This document shows positions 7,644 through 17,781 of a DNA stretch of 58,236 nucleotides, piece after piece. This stretch comes from a virus. Taxonomy: Duplodnaviria > Caudoviricetes. The stretch is from the IMG/VR virus record IMGVR_UViG_3300024344_000011, positions 1 through 58,236 of that record, one strand, 5' to 3'. The first letter of the stretch is position 1; each line of letters starts with the position of its first letter. The position numbers and the translations under genes were made by a program. The notes under the pieces are model-generated. The model saw only the letters and a list, made by a program, of their open reading frames with translations. It did no database searches and was not told where the DNA came from.

Positions 7644-7742
7644 ATTTTCAATCTAATACCTTTATGAGGCATTTTTATGACAGTGTAAATTATCTTGCGA
7701 TTTTAACAAAATGCTAGTACATATTCGGTATAGGAGATTATT

Positions 7743-7883
7743 ATGAAAAAAATTATTTTAATAATACCAATGATGGTTTTTCTCGCTAATTGTTCTGCGT
7801 CTAGCATAACTGTTTCTGCAAATATTCCAGAATCACAAGAGGTTGACATTAGTATAAAAACCACAGATGCTGACAAGCAATAA
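7743..7883 (+). CDS. small lipoprotein (not in ORF track)
   Basis: MKKIILIIPMMVFLANC lipobox; AGGAG RBS; 46 aa. Confidence 0.75.
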   Translation: MKKIILIIPMMVFLANCSASSITVSANIPESQEVDISIKTTDADKQ

Positions 7884-7893
7884 GGAGAAAATC

Positions 7894-8085
7894 ATGGAAT
7901 GGTTAAACAAGATAAAAGACCTGATCGTGACTCTTCCCTCAAGAGTAACCGAACCAAGCACCTGGGCAGGTGTCGGTGTAGTGTTACTGGGACTTGCAAT
8001 TGTGTCGACAGGCAGGGGCTTCCTCGGACTGCTGACAATTGTTGCGGGGGGAATTGCCATATTTCTTAACGAACGATCTGAATAA
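7894..8085 (+). CDS. holin-like two-TM protein
   Basis: EPSTWAG motif plus two TM helices; AAGGAG RBS before ATG 7894. Confidence 0.65.
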   Translation: MEWLNKIKDLIVTLPSRVTEPSTWAGVGVVLLGLAIVSTGRGFLGLLTIVAGGIAIFLNERSE

Positions 8086-8100
8086 AGTAGAGAGGGTAAA

Positions 8101-8562
8101 ATGATCTCAATCCTAGGCAGTTTATTGGGCTTTGGCACTTCATTCTTGCCCTCTGTATTTTCTTTCCTACAGAAGAAAAACGACCAAAAGCAAGAGTTGT
8201 TGCTTTTAGAGGCTCGTGCAAAATATGCTCAAGAACTGAGCAAATATAAACTTGAAGAGTTAGATGCTCAGGCTCAAATAGAAGAGAGCCGCACTATCTA
8301 TAACCATGCAAGTGAGTTAGCAAAAAATAATCAGTCTCCGTTTATTTCGGCTTTACAGGCGTCCGTTCGTCCTGTCATTACTTATTTCTTTTTTCTGCTT
8401 TTTGCATTTATAAAAACTATGGCTGTAGTTGTTTCTATTAGAGAGGGCGTAGATGTATCGGAAGCTATACTAGCTTGCTGGGACGATAACACAGCAGGTG
8501 TCTTTTCCGCTATTCTAGCATTTTGGTTTGGAAACCGGGCTGTCGCTAGATACGTAAAGTAA
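8101..8562 (+). CDS. 3TM holin-like protein
   Basis: ASVRPVITY...FWFGNR motifs, coiled coil plus TM helices. Confidence 0.7.
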   Translation: MISILGSLLGFGTSFLPSVFSFLQKKNDQKQELLLLEARAKYAQELSKYKLEELDAQAQIEESRTIYNHASELAKNNQSPFISALQASVRPVITYFFFLLFAFIKTMAVVVSIREGVDVSEAILACWDDNTAGVFSAILAFWFGNRAVARYVK

Positions 8563-8563
8563 A

Positions 8564-10045
8564 ATGAAAAATGTAAAAAAACTTTTAGACGGCTTAACAG
8601 ACGAACAAGCCCGAGAAGCATTACAACTTCAACAAAGATTAAATACTCTCGATTATCAAAAGACATCACAAAGTACCTTTATTCCTTTTGTTAAACATAT
8701 GTGGCCCGACTTTATTGAGGGACAACATCATAAAATTTTTGCCAAGCAACTAGAAAGAGTTGCGACAGGCGAATCAAAAAGGTTAATTGTAAATATGCCA
8801 CCCCGACACACAAAGTCCGAATTTGCTAGTGTGTTTTTTCCGGCATGGATGATGGGACGCAATCCTAAATTAAAAATCATTCAGGCGACACATACAACAG
8901 AACTTGCCACAGGCTTTGGCCGTAAATGTAAAGCTCTCGTGCATAGTCCACAATTTCGTGAAGTTTTCCCTGAAGTAAAAATATCTCCCGAAAGTCAAGC
9001 TGCTGGTCGTTGGAATACAGTAGAAGGTGGAGAATATTTTGCAGCGGGTGTTGGAGCTGCTATTACAGGACGGGGCGCAGACTTACTTGTTATTGATGAT
9101 CCACATTCTGAGCAAGATGCTTTAAGCGATACTTCTTTTGATGCGTGTTACGAATGGTATACCTCTGGCCCACGACAAAGATTACAACCAGGTGGCTCTA
9201 TTGTTATTGTTATGACACGCTGGTCAACCAAAGATTTGACAGCACAAGTATTAAAAATGCAGTCACGCAAAGGAGCAGACCAATGGGAAGTTATAGAGTT
9301 TCCGGCTATCTTTGAAGATGACAAAGTATTATGGCCCGGATTTTGGTCACGTGATGAATTAGAAGGTGTTAAATCTTCCTTACCTATATCGAAGTGGGCT
9401 GCACAGTGGTTACAAAAACCGACAAGCGCAGAAGCTGCTATTCTCAAAAAAGAATGGTGGCAAGTATGGGAAGGAGAAGAGCCTCCTTATTGTGATTACA
9501 TTATTCAATCTTATGATACAGCATTTTTAAAATCAGAAAGAGCTGATTATAGTGCTATTACGACATGGGGTGTCTTTACTCCGAGTGAAGACGATGCACA
9601 GGCAATATGTCTGTTGAACAGTGAAAAAGGACGGTGGGAGTTTCCGACATTAAAGAAAAAAGCTTATGAACATTATTTGGAATATGATCCTGATATGGTT
9701 CTTATTGAAGCAAAAGCTTCAGGTTTACCTCTAACACAAGAACTAAGAACAATGGGTATTCCTGTTATTAACTTTACCCCTGGTGGTCGAAGAGGAGGAC
9801 AAGATAAAATTGCACGGGCTAATGCGTGCGCTCCGCTTTTTGAATCAGGTAAAGTATGGAGGCCGGAGACAGAATGGGCTGAAGAATTAGTTGAAGAATG
9901 TGGTAATTTTCCAAATGGAGATCACGATGATTTGGTAGATTCGACAACTCAGGCTATACTCCGATTCCGTGAAGGAGGATTTATAACTCATCCTGAAGAT
10001 TATTTAGATGACGAAATCACTCCTAAGCAGTATAAGTATTATTAA
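8564..10045 (+). CDS. terL: terminase large subunit
   Basis: MPPRHTKS Walker A, LLVIDDP Walker B, QSYDTA and HDDLVD RNase H-like nuclease. Confidence 0.95.
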   Translation: MKNVKKLLDGLTDEQAREALQLQQRLNTLDYQKTSQSTFIPFVKHMWPDFIEGQHHKIFAKQLERVATGESKRLIVNMPPRHTKSEFASVFFPAWMMGRNPKLKIIQATHTTELATGFGRKCKALVHSPQFREVFPEVKISPESQAAGRWNTVEGGEYFAAGVGAAITGRGADLLVIDDPHSEQDALSDTSFDACYEWYTSGPRQRLQPGGSIVIVMTRWSTKDLTAQVLKMQSRKGADQWEVIEFPAIFEDDKVLWPGFWSRDELEGVKSSLPISKWAAQWLQKPTSAEAAILKKEWWQVWEGEEPPYCDYIIQSYDTAFLKSERADYSAITTWGVFTPSEDDAQAICLLNSEKGRWEFPTLKKKAYEHYLEYDPDMVLIEAKASGLPLTQELRTMGIPVINFTPGGRRGGQDKIARANACAPLFESGKVWRPETEWAEELVEECGNFPNGDHDDLVDSTTQAILRFREGGFITHPEDYLDDEITPKQYKYY

Positions 10046-10057
10046 AGGAGAAAAAAT

Positions 10058-10441
10058 ATGCCAAGAGTTGGAAAAAAACATTTTTCTTATGACGAAGACG
10101 GATACGCTAAAGCACGTGCCTTATCTGACAAAACTGGTGAACCTATGGTTACTGGTTATGCTCAAGGTGGTTCAGCAGCTGATTTTGTTTCTGATAAAGA
10201 AAGACAAAGACTTGAAGATGATTACTTAGCAAACTCTGCCGCTGTTAATCCTGAATTTGCCTACGACCGTGCAAGTTACGAGTTAGATCAAGGTGAAGGA
10301 ACAAACAGAATGAAAAAAGCTAGAAGAATGGCTGGCGGTGGTGAAGTTGAAGTGGCTATACCTAAGAGTGCTGGAGGCGAAAGCACTATGAGAGGTATGG
10401 GCGCAGCTACTAAAGGTGGTAAGTTTTCTGGAGTATTCTAG
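10058..10441 (+). CDS. small putative virion protein with xxGG motifs
   Basis: MPRVGKKHFSY N-terminus; YAQGG, MAGGGEV; C-terminal RGMGAATKGGKFSGVF. Confidence 0.8.
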   Translation: MPRVGKKHFSYDEDGYAKARALSDKTGEPMVTGYAQGGSAADFVSDKERQRLEDDYLANSAAVNPEFAYDRASYELDQGEGTNRMKKARRMAGGGEVEVAIPKSAGGESTMRGMGAATKGGKFSGVF

Positions 10442-10444
10442 GTT

Positions 10445-10738
10445 GTGTCTAAAAAAATTAAATTTGAACCTGACTTTGAATTACAGGAAGATGACGAAGT
10501 AGTTTTTGAATTTGAAAACGAAGTAAAAGCTTTAGATCCTATTTCTGTAGAAGAAGCAGTGGCAAGGATAATTTGTTTTAACAATCCTGAAAATCCATGT
10601 GATTGCAAAACCTCACTAAAATGTGATAAACATGAAAAGTATAGAGCTTCTGCTTTATCAGCTATTGTAGTTGTTCTAAGTACCGAAGGGTTTTTAAAAC
10701 CTAAAAATTTATTGATAGAAAAAAAGGATATTAATTAA
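10445..10738 (+). CDS. hypothetical Cys-containing protein
   Basis: 97 aa, coupled to portal. Confidence 0.65.
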   Translation: MSKKIKFEPDFELQEDDEVVFEFENEVKALDPISVEEAVARIICFNNPENPCDCKTSLKCDKHEKYRASALSAIVVVLSTEGFLKPKNLLIEKKDIN

Positions 10739-13176
10739 TGGTTGATGATAATTTACCTTTAGGACAAGGAGGGCCAGAAGAAGAAGAGCTGGCTATAGAA
10801 GGAAATCCTTTAGAAGGATTAACAGTCAATCCTGAAGTTTTAGAAATTATACAAAACGGAGAAGGTATAGAGCTTGAAGACGGCTCTATGGAATTTACCT
10901 TAGAAGAAGGTGTCCTTGAAAAACAAAATGTTCCTTTTGATGCGAACCTTGCTGAGTATATGGACGATAGCGCATTGGGAGCATTATCTAGTAATTTACT
11001 TGCTCACATAGAAGAAGATAAAAGCTCTCGTCAAGAATGGGAACAAGCCTATAGACGAGGACTAGAATTATTAGGTGTTAACAATACAGAAAGGTCTGAA
11101 CCTTTTGAAGGAGCTTCAGGTGTAACTCACCCTATGTTAGCAGAAAGTGCAACGAAGTTCCAAGCAATGGCTTATAAAGAATTACTTCCACCCGGAGGGC
11201 CAGTGCGAACAATGATTGTAGGCGCACAAAACGCAGAAACCGAAGCCCAAGCTGATAGAGTAAAAGAGTTTATGAACTATCAGATAACTTGTGAAATGGA
11301 AGAATATGATCCTGAAACAGATCAAATGTTATTTTATCTTCCGCTTAGTGGTTCAGCATTTAAAAAAGTTTATTACGATCCGACAATGGGTAGACCATGC
11401 GCTCGTTTTGTTCATGCAGAAAAATTAATTGTCCCTTACAATACAACCGACCTTATCTCAGCAAGTCGAATAGCTCAACAATTTACAATGGGTGGCAATG
11501 ATTTACGCAAACTTCAGTTATCAGGTTTTTATAAAGATATAGATTTAAAACCAGGGACTGTTGGCGCAAGCGAAGTTACAGAAGAAATAGATAAACTTTC
11601 CGGCCTTGAAGATATTAATTATGAAGACGATGTTTTTGAATTATATGAAATTCATACTTTCCTTGATTTAGATGGTTTTGAAGATGTTGATGAAGAAGGT
11701 GAACAAACAGGAATTAAAATTCCATATATTGTAACTATTGATGCGTATAGCGGAAATGTTTTATCTATTCGTAGAAACTACAATGAAAATGATTCTATGA
11801 GAAATCCTATTCAGTATTTTGTTCATTACAAATTTTTACCGGGATTAGGTTTTTATGGATTTGGTCTTCCACATATTATTGGCGGTATGTCACAATCAGC
11901 AACTTCTATTTTAAGACAGCTTATTGATGCGGGTACATTAGCAAACTTACCAGCTGGTTTTAAAGCTAGAGGTATTCGTATTCGTGATGATGATGTTCCG
12001 TTGCAACCAGGTGAATTTAGAGATGTAGATGCCCCTGGTGGAATTTTAAGCAATTCTTTAATACCTTTACCATTTAAAGAACCTTCACAAACTCTTTATG
12101 GATTATTAAAAACACTAGAAGAAAACGGCAAAGGATTTGCCGCTATTGCAGATTTTCCATACAAGGAAGTAGACAAGAATGCTCCTGTTGGCACAACGAT
12201 TGCCAACCTTGAAAAAGGAACACGAGTTATGTCTGCTATTCATAAAAGGTTACATTATTCTCAAAAAATAGAATTTAAAATACTTGCTAGATTATTTAAT
12301 GAATATCTGCCTCCTGTTTACCCTTATGCCACAGCAAACGGACAACAAGAAATCAAACAAACTGATTTCGACCAAAGAGTAGATATTATTCCAATCAGTG
12401 ATCCTAATATTTTTTCTATGGCACAACGAATAGCTATGGCACAAACACAGTTACAATTAGTGCAATCTAACCCTGCTATTCATGGCCCGAATGGTTTATA
12501 CGAATCATATCGAAGAATGTATTCTGCTTTAGGTATTCAAAACATTGATCAGGTATTACCTAGACCAAAACCACCACAACCAATGGATCCTGGTCAAGAA
12601 AATGCTATAGCTATGAAAGGTGGAACATTAAAGGCTTTTCCACAACAAGACCACGATGCTCATATTAAAACACATTTAGCATTAATGGGAACTCCAGCTC
12701 TAAATGCTGACTTAAATCTTGTGGCTAATATTCAAGCGCACATTTATGAACATATTTCTTTTAAAGCAAAAGATATGGTTCTTGCTAAAATGCAACCTGA
12801 AATTGAGCAGTTAAAAGCTCAGTACGGAGGTCAAATACCTCCTGAGGTTCAAGAACAATTAAAACTGCAAATTGAAGAACAAACGGCTCAAGAAATTGCT
12901 GGTTTATCAGAACTATTTACTCAAACAATTGAACCGCTTGAAGGCCCTGATCCATTAGTGGCTTTACGACAGCAAGAAATTAATCTAAAAGAATCAGATA
13001 TGGAACGCAAATCAGAGGAGTTCCAACAAAGGCTTCAACACGATATTATATCAGATGAAGCAACTGCTCAGGTAGCTTTGGACAGAGTGGATGTTCAAGA
13101 AAAAGCTATAGATGAGCGGACTCAAATCGCACGGGAACGAATCGCTGCTCAACGGGAACGTGATAACAAAAAATAG
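10738..13176 (+). CDS. portal protein (podovirus/P22-like)
   Basis: 812 aa after terL; FKKVYYD, FLPGLGFYGFG motifs; C-terminal coiled coil. Confidence 0.9.
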   Translation: MVDDNLPLGQGGPEEEELAIEGNPLEGLTVNPEVLEIIQNGEGIELEDGSMEFTLEEGVLEKQNVPFDANLAEYMDDSALGALSSNLLAHIEEDKSSRQEWEQAYRRGLELLGVNNTERSEPFEGASGVTHPMLAESATKFQAMAYKELLPPGGPVRTMIVGAQNAETEAQADRVKEFMNYQITCEMEEYDPETDQMLFYLPLSGSAFKKVYYDPTMGRPCARFVHAEKLIVPYNTTDLISASRIAQQFTMGGNDLRKLQLSGFYKDIDLKPGTVGASEVTEEIDKLSGLEDINYEDDVFELYEIHTFLDLDGFEDVDEEGEQTGIKIPYIVTIDAYSGNVLSIRRNYNENDSMRNPIQYFVHYKFLPGLGFYGFGLPHIIGGMSQSATSILRQLIDAGTLANLPAGFKARGIRIRDDDVPLQPGEFRDVDAPGGILSNSLIPLPFKEPSQTLYGLLKTLEENGKGFAAIADFPYKEVDKNAPVGTTIANLEKGTRVMSAIHKRLHYSQKIEFKILARLFNEYLPPVYPYATANGQQEIKQTDFDQRVDIIPISDPNIFSMAQRIAMAQTQLQLVQSNPAIHGPNGLYESYRRMYSALGIQNIDQVLPRPKPPQPMDPGQENAIAMKGGTLKAFPQQDHDAHIKTHLALMGTPALNADLNLVANIQAHIYEHISFKAKDMVLAKMQPEIEQLKAQYGGQIPPEVQEQLKLQIEEQTAQEIAGLSELFTQTIEPLEGPDPLVALRQQEINLKESDMERKSEEFQQRLQHDIISDEATAQVALDRVDVQEKAIDERTQIARERIAAQRERDNKK

Positions 13177-13199
13177 GAGAGAGACTGAGATGTTAATAA

Positions 13200-14156
13200 A
13201 TGAGTTTTCGTAGCTTTTTTAAAGAAATTTCTATAGCATTTGTTTCTATAGCTGTTGTGGCTAGTATTACTTTTGCTGAAGATTCAAACATAACAAATAC
13301 GACTACGACGACTTCTACTGTTACTAGCAATAATACCAACACCAATAATAATACCAATGTAAATCAAAGCACTAGCAATAACACCAATACCAATTTTAAT
13401 ACCAACAACACAACAATTTCTCAGACTAATAATTCTACATCGAACAATACCAATGTGAACACATCAACGGTAACAAGCACAATCAATCAGACACAAAATG
13501 TTAACAACACTTCACTAATAACTAACAACTCTACATCAGAAAATACCAACTTGAATACCAACAATTCAACAAGTTCTAACACAAATACTAACAACAATAA
13601 CAATGTTAGTTCATCAACTTCTGATGTTACAACGAGCAACCAAAATGTGAACACTAACAACAACACTTCACAAAATGTAAACACTAATAATTCTACAAGT
13701 CAAAGCTCACAAAAAGTAACACAAAGAGTTAAATCGCCTCCCCCCTCCGCAGTGGCTCCATCCATCATGTCCTATTCCCAAGACCTATGCACTTCGGGGG
13801 CTTCATCGGCAGTCCAAACTCAGTTCTTTGGTGTATCTACTGGAAGAAGTGTACGAGACGAAAACTGCGAACGCTTGAAACTCAGTAAAGGTCTCTATGA
13901 CATGGGAATGAAAGTCGCAGCCGTTGCTTTACTTTGTGAGGATGCTCGTGTCTGGAGATCGATGATGCAAGCCGGCAGTCCCTGCCCGTATAAAGGTAAG
14001 ATAGGCGAAGAGGCAAAAGTTGCATGGGAACAAAATCCAGAAGACAGACCAGACTGGAACGAAGTAAAAAAAGAACTTACTGGTTATGAAATAAAAGCAT
14101 ATAGAAAAGGTGACTTCTGTAAGAAGTATCCTAAGCACAAGATATGTTCAGGCTAA
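13200..14156 (+). CDS. secreted Asn/Thr-rich stalk protein with Cys-rich C-terminal domain
   Basis: Signal-peptide-like N-terminus, ~145-aa N/T/S tract, PPPSAVAP...DENCERLKLSK...PCP. Confidence 0.8.
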   Translation: MSFRSFFKEISIAFVSIAVVASITFAEDSNITNTTTTTSTVTSNNTNTNNNTNVNQSTSNNTNTNFNTNNTTISQTNNSTSNNTNVNTSTVTSTINQTQNVNNTSLITNNSTSENTNLNTNNSTSSNTNTNNNNNVSSSTSDVTTSNQNVNTNNNTSQNVNTNNSTSQSSQKVTQRVKSPPPSAVAPSIMSYSQDLCTSGASSAVQTQFFGVSTGRSVRDENCERLKLSKGLYDMGMKVAAVALLCEDARVWRSMMQAGSPCPYKGKIGEEAKVAWEQNPEDRPDWNEVKKELTGYEIKAYRKGDFCKKYPKHKICSG

Positions 14157-16081
14157 TCACACTATTATTTTTAACGACATCTGCATGGGCAACTGATCCT
14201 GTATTTAACATTGGTACTGATCCTATCATTGATATAACTGGAACCGGCACTGGATTAAGTCTTGGCGATGATTCGATGTCAGGTCTCAAAAATATCGGTT
14301 TCGATTTTACCTTCTATGATCAGACTTTTGATCAAGTAAATATATCTATGAACGGATTCTTTACTTTCCAAGATAACTTCTCTGTACCTAGAAGTAGGAA
14401 TTACAGATCAGAAACGCTACCAGCTAGTTCATTTAATTACTCTGTTTTTCCTGCATGGTCTGATTTTATTAGAAGATCTAGTGGCAACCAATCTCCCTAC
14501 ATACAGACCTTTGGACAAACAGCAGACACAGATCAATATTTTGTTATTATGTGGGACAATGTTTCTGAATACAGTAATGGGTTAAAGAGTACCTTCCAAG
14601 CTATACTATATGAAACGACTAATGAAATTGCTTTTAGATATGATGAGTTACGCATACAAAATCACGACATAACAATAGGATTACAAGGTAATAATGAAGC
14701 TGTAACATATTTGAGATATGAAGACACTGGAAGTACAACCTTTATTGAAACAGATGATTTTAGTGTAAGCACAGCTATTGATGAGTCTTTTAGCAACCTT
14801 TCTTCTGAATGTTTAATAGATGCAGATTTTAGTGAATTATGTGATGTGTATGATTTAACAAATAGTTTTGAAAGTGATGACTTTCTATACGGAATAGATG
14901 AGGATATAATATTTGGTTATGACGAAGATGAAATGTTTTATGGATACAATATGGGAGAGGATGAATTTACAGACACCTCTACGATTGTTCTTGGAGTTGT
15001 TGGGGATGGGGGTTCTTTTGATTATAATGACGGTGATATTTTTATTACTGATGATATTGACTTTGATTCGTTCATAGATGTAAACTTAGAAGATGATACA
15101 TTATTTATACATCTTGATAGCGAGTACGATATTGAGTTCCTTGATCCATTGCCTGATTTGGAAGAAATCGACTTTTTAGAAATAGTCGAAATTGAAGAAG
15201 AAGAATTTATCCAACATTTTGAAGAAGTACAAGAAAGAATGGAAGAAGACTTTCTTGTCTTTATGGAAGAAGAGATTTCTGAAGAAGAGTTTGTTGAAGT
15301 TGTAGAAGAATTTTTTAATGAAGAAGAAGCAATAGAGGAAGAGGAAGAGGCATTAGACGAAGCTATTAATGAAATAACTCCTGAAGAAGTAGAAGAAGAA
15401 CAAGAAGAAAAAGGAGCTACTAGAAGAAATATAGTTAGCACAAGAAACCTTGTTTCTAATTTAGTCTCTACCGTAGTAAGAGGAAGTTATAGTTCATCAA
15501 ACAATATAACAAATAACAACAATAATAATTCTAATAATTCCGTAAATGTTTCTGGTAATACAGCTACAAATGTAAATTCACCTACCACATCAAATCAGGT
15601 AGCAGCCAACCAAGTTCAAACTAATACAGTTTTACAATCTATTACAATTATGCCTATGCCTGGAGTAGACAATACTCCTTCTGTTGTTATGGCCGAAGTC
15701 CAAGTAACAACTATGGAGAATCAAATAGAAAGTGTTACATCTTCGGTAATGACTGCATCGGAAGCAGACCAAGTAGCAGACCAAATTGTAGCTCAGAATA
15801 TACAATCTCAACAAGAAGAAAACCAAAGAAGTCAAAACGAATCAGGTGAATATAATGCTCAAGGACAAGCTAACCTTTTAGCTTTTATGGGTTATTCAGC
15901 CGGATTTAATGCCTATCAAAATATGAACATACCTGACGGTTCAAATTGGTATGAACCAAGAACTATATATGCAAATGTTGTTTTAGATGATAATATTTCC
16001 GGGTATTATAATTTAGTAGGAACTAATTTAGATCAACAAGCTAATATAATACAAACACAAAACATGGAGTTTTTTAGATGA
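14144..16081 (+). CDS. secreted protein with NIDO-like N-terminal domain and very acidic linker
   Basis: MFRLITLLFLTTSAWA signal; GDD...IGFDFTFY...SMNGF...W.D...W..V...TFQAILY. Confidence 0.75.
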   Translation: MFRLITLLFLTTSAWATDPVFNIGTDPIIDITGTGTGLSLGDDSMSGLKNIGFDFTFYDQTFDQVNISMNGFFTFQDNFSVPRSRNYRSETLPASSFNYSVFPAWSDFIRRSSGNQSPYIQTFGQTADTDQYFVIMWDNVSEYSNGLKSTFQAILYETTNEIAFRYDELRIQNHDITIGLQGNNEAVTYLRYEDTGSTTFIETDDFSVSTAIDESFSNLSSECLIDADFSELCDVYDLTNSFESDDFLYGIDEDIIFGYDEDEMFYGYNMGEDEFTDTSTIVLGVVGDGGSFDYNDGDIFITDDIDFDSFIDVNLEDDTLFIHLDSEYDIEFLDPLPDLEEIDFLEIVEIEEEEFIQHFEEVQERMEEDFLVFMEEEISEEEFVEVVEEFFNEEEAIEEEEEALDEAINEITPEEVEEEQEEKGATRRNIVSTRNLVSNLVSTVVRGSYSSSNNITNNNNNNSNNSVNVSGNTATNVNSPTTSNQVAANQVQTNTVLQSITIMPMPGVDNTPSVVMAEVQVTTMENQIESVTSSVMTASEADQVADQIVAQNIQSQQEENQRSQNESGEYNAQGQANLLAFMGYSAGFNAYQNMNIPDGSNWYEPRTIYANVVLDDNISGYYNLVGTNLDQQANIIQTQNMEFFR

Positions 16082-16257
16082 TAGAAAGAACACACAAAAC
16101 AAATTTAAAAACTTTTCAGTTTCCTTTACTTCATAAAGAAAAAGGTTTGGATAAAAAATATAGAGGTTTTGATTATCCTTTAGTAACAGTTCATGAAGTA
16201 AGTTCTCAACTAGGTAGATACAGAGGTGTAGAACACCCAGTAACTGTAAGGTCTTAA
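16078..16257 (+). CDS. 59-aa protein with two YRG repeats (not in ORF track)
   Basis: ATGA coupling; KYRGFDYPLVTV and RYRGVEHPVTV. Confidence 0.65.
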   Translation: MIERTHKTNLKTFQFPLLHKEKGLDKKYRGFDYPLVTVHEVSSQLGRYRGVEHPVTVRS

Positions 16258-16497
16258 ATGTCTGAAGAAATTAAAGTAGTAGAAGTAGAAAGACGGTCTT
16301 GGTACAACAATCCCGAAGGTTTTGATAAATGGAGAATATTTCCTCGTATATTAATAACCTTGTACGGTGTTATGTTTTACAAAACTTGTGATTGGTTTAT
16401 GACATTACCCGATCCCACTAATTCACAGTCAGCTTTTGTATCTATTATTGTAGGAGCAGGCGCTGCTTGGTTCGGCTTGTATATTGGTAAAAAATAA
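16258..16497 (+). CDS. small two-TM membrane protein
   Basis: DKWRIFPR...W...P...QSAFVS...AWFGLY family. Confidence 0.8.
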   Translation: MSEEIKVVEVERRSWYNNPEGFDKWRIFPRILITLYGVMFYKTCDWFMTLPDPTNSQSAFVSIIVGAGAAWFGLYIGKK

Positions 16498-16512
16498 TGT
16501 CAAGAAATATAT

Positions 16513-16791
16513 ATGGAGAAAACAATGAAAAACATCTTGCCTAAATTACAACAGTACATCACCATAGTAGGAGTCATCACCGCAATAGGTGGAGGTTTTT
16601 ACACGTGGGGCCAATTTAATTTAAGATTGGACAATATTGAAAAAAAGAAAATTAAAACAGTTAATATTGCTCCATTAAAAACAAGTATTGCTGAACTATC
16701 AACAAAAGTCGACAATATAGAACAAAGATTAGATAGAACAGAGGACAGGGTTGATAAAGTCGGTAATAATGACAATCCATTAGCTAGGTAA
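16513..16791 (+). CDS. membrane-anchored coiled-coil protein
   Basis: N-terminal TM plus heptad repeats, ends NPLAR. Confidence 0.8.
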   Translation: MEKTMKNILPKLQQYITIVGVITAIGGGFYTWGQFNLRLDNIEKKKIKTVNIAPLKTSIAELSTKVDNIEQRLDRTEDRVDKVGNNDNPLAR

Positions 16792-17091
16792 ATGGCTAAA
16801 AAAAGAGCCAAACCTATACGCAGAACCACTAAAGGTAAAAGCGCAAATTATCGCCCTACAAAAAAAGGCGCGGGGATGACACGCAAAGGTGTTAAGGCTT
16901 ATCGAAAAGCAAATCCTGGATCTAAATTAAAAACAGCAGTTACAGGAAAAGTTAAAAAAGGCAGTAAGGCAGCTAAAAGAAGAAAGTCTTATTGCGCTAG
17001 ATCATTAGGTCAGTTAAAAAGAAGCAGTGCTAAAACGAAAAACAATCCAAATTCTCGTATTAGACAAGCTCGCAGAAGATGGAAGTGTTAA
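16792..17091 (+). CDS. highly basic protein (RRKSYCARS...RRRWKC family)
   Basis: 99 aa, K/R-rich, conserved phage motif. Confidence 0.85.
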   Translation: MAKKRAKPIRRTTKGKSANYRPTKKGAGMTRKGVKAYRKANPGSKLKTAVTGKVKKGSKAAKRRKSYCARSLGQLKRSSAKTKNNPNSRIRQARRRWKC

Positions 17092-17105
17092 TTTAGGAAA
17101 AAAAA

Positions 17106-17270
17106 ATGAGTTTAGTAGAAAATATTAATAAAAGAAAAAGAGCTGGAAAAAGTAGGTCAAAAAAAAATACAACTATATCTAAAAAGGCTTATGCAGATAT
17201 GAAGTCTGGTTGGAAGAAAAAAAAGAAAAAGAAAAAAACTAAGAAAAAAACAACTAAAAAGAAGAAATAA
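17106..17270 (+). CDS. Lys-rich microprotein (not in ORF track)
   Basis: MSLVENINKRKRAGKSRSKKNTTISKKAYADMKSGW followed by poly-K; 54 aa. Confidence 0.8.
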   Translation: MSLVENINKRKRAGKSRSKKNTTISKKAYADMKSGWKKKKKKKKTKKKTTKKKK

Positions 17271-17425
17271 TGCCCTTAAAAAAAGGAAAAAGCTCTAAAG
17301 TTATAAGTAGTAATATAAGAAAACTGCGTGGAGAAGGGTATAAAAGCAAACAAGCAGTTGCTATTGCTTTAAGTAATGCCAAAAAGAAGAAAAAAAAGAA
17401 GAAAAAGAAGAAGAAAAAACGATAA
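17270..17425 (+). CDS. Lys-rich microprotein (not in ORF track)
   Basis: MPLKKGKSSKVISSNIRKL...QAVAIALSNA followed by K13R; TAATG coupling. Confidence 0.8.
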   Translation: MPLKKGKSSKVISSNIRKLRGEGYKSKQAVAIALSNAKKKKKKKKKKKKKR

Positions 17426-17446
17426 TTTTAGTAAAAAGGAGATAAT

Positions 17447-17560
17447 ATGACTGAAATAACTAAAAAAAAGACAAAAACTAAGAAAAAAACGGAAAAAAAA
17501 GAAAAAGTAGTGGATAAATATGCACGAGCAGGTTTTGTCCAGGCTACTAAATCTAAATAA
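17447..17560 (+). CDS. Lys-rich microprotein (not in ORF track)
   Basis: AAGGAG RBS; MTEITKKKTKTKKKTEKK..., 37 aa. Confidence 0.65.
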   Translation: MTEITKKKTKTKKKTEKKEKVVDKYARAGFVQATKSK

Positions 17561-17781
17561 TTGCTGATAAACAGAATATATATGTAAACACAATTACTAT
17601 TTTTATTCCTGTATCAAAGTATTTTTCAAGCATTTTTTAACTCCTTTAACTACTGTATTTATCCCTTTTTACAGATAAATCAAGTGTTTTTTTGTTAAAA
17701 AAATGCGACATTTTTTCTTATTTTGTTTACATATAAAAATAATATGGTTGACAACTGTAAACAAATCACTGCTTATAGAAC

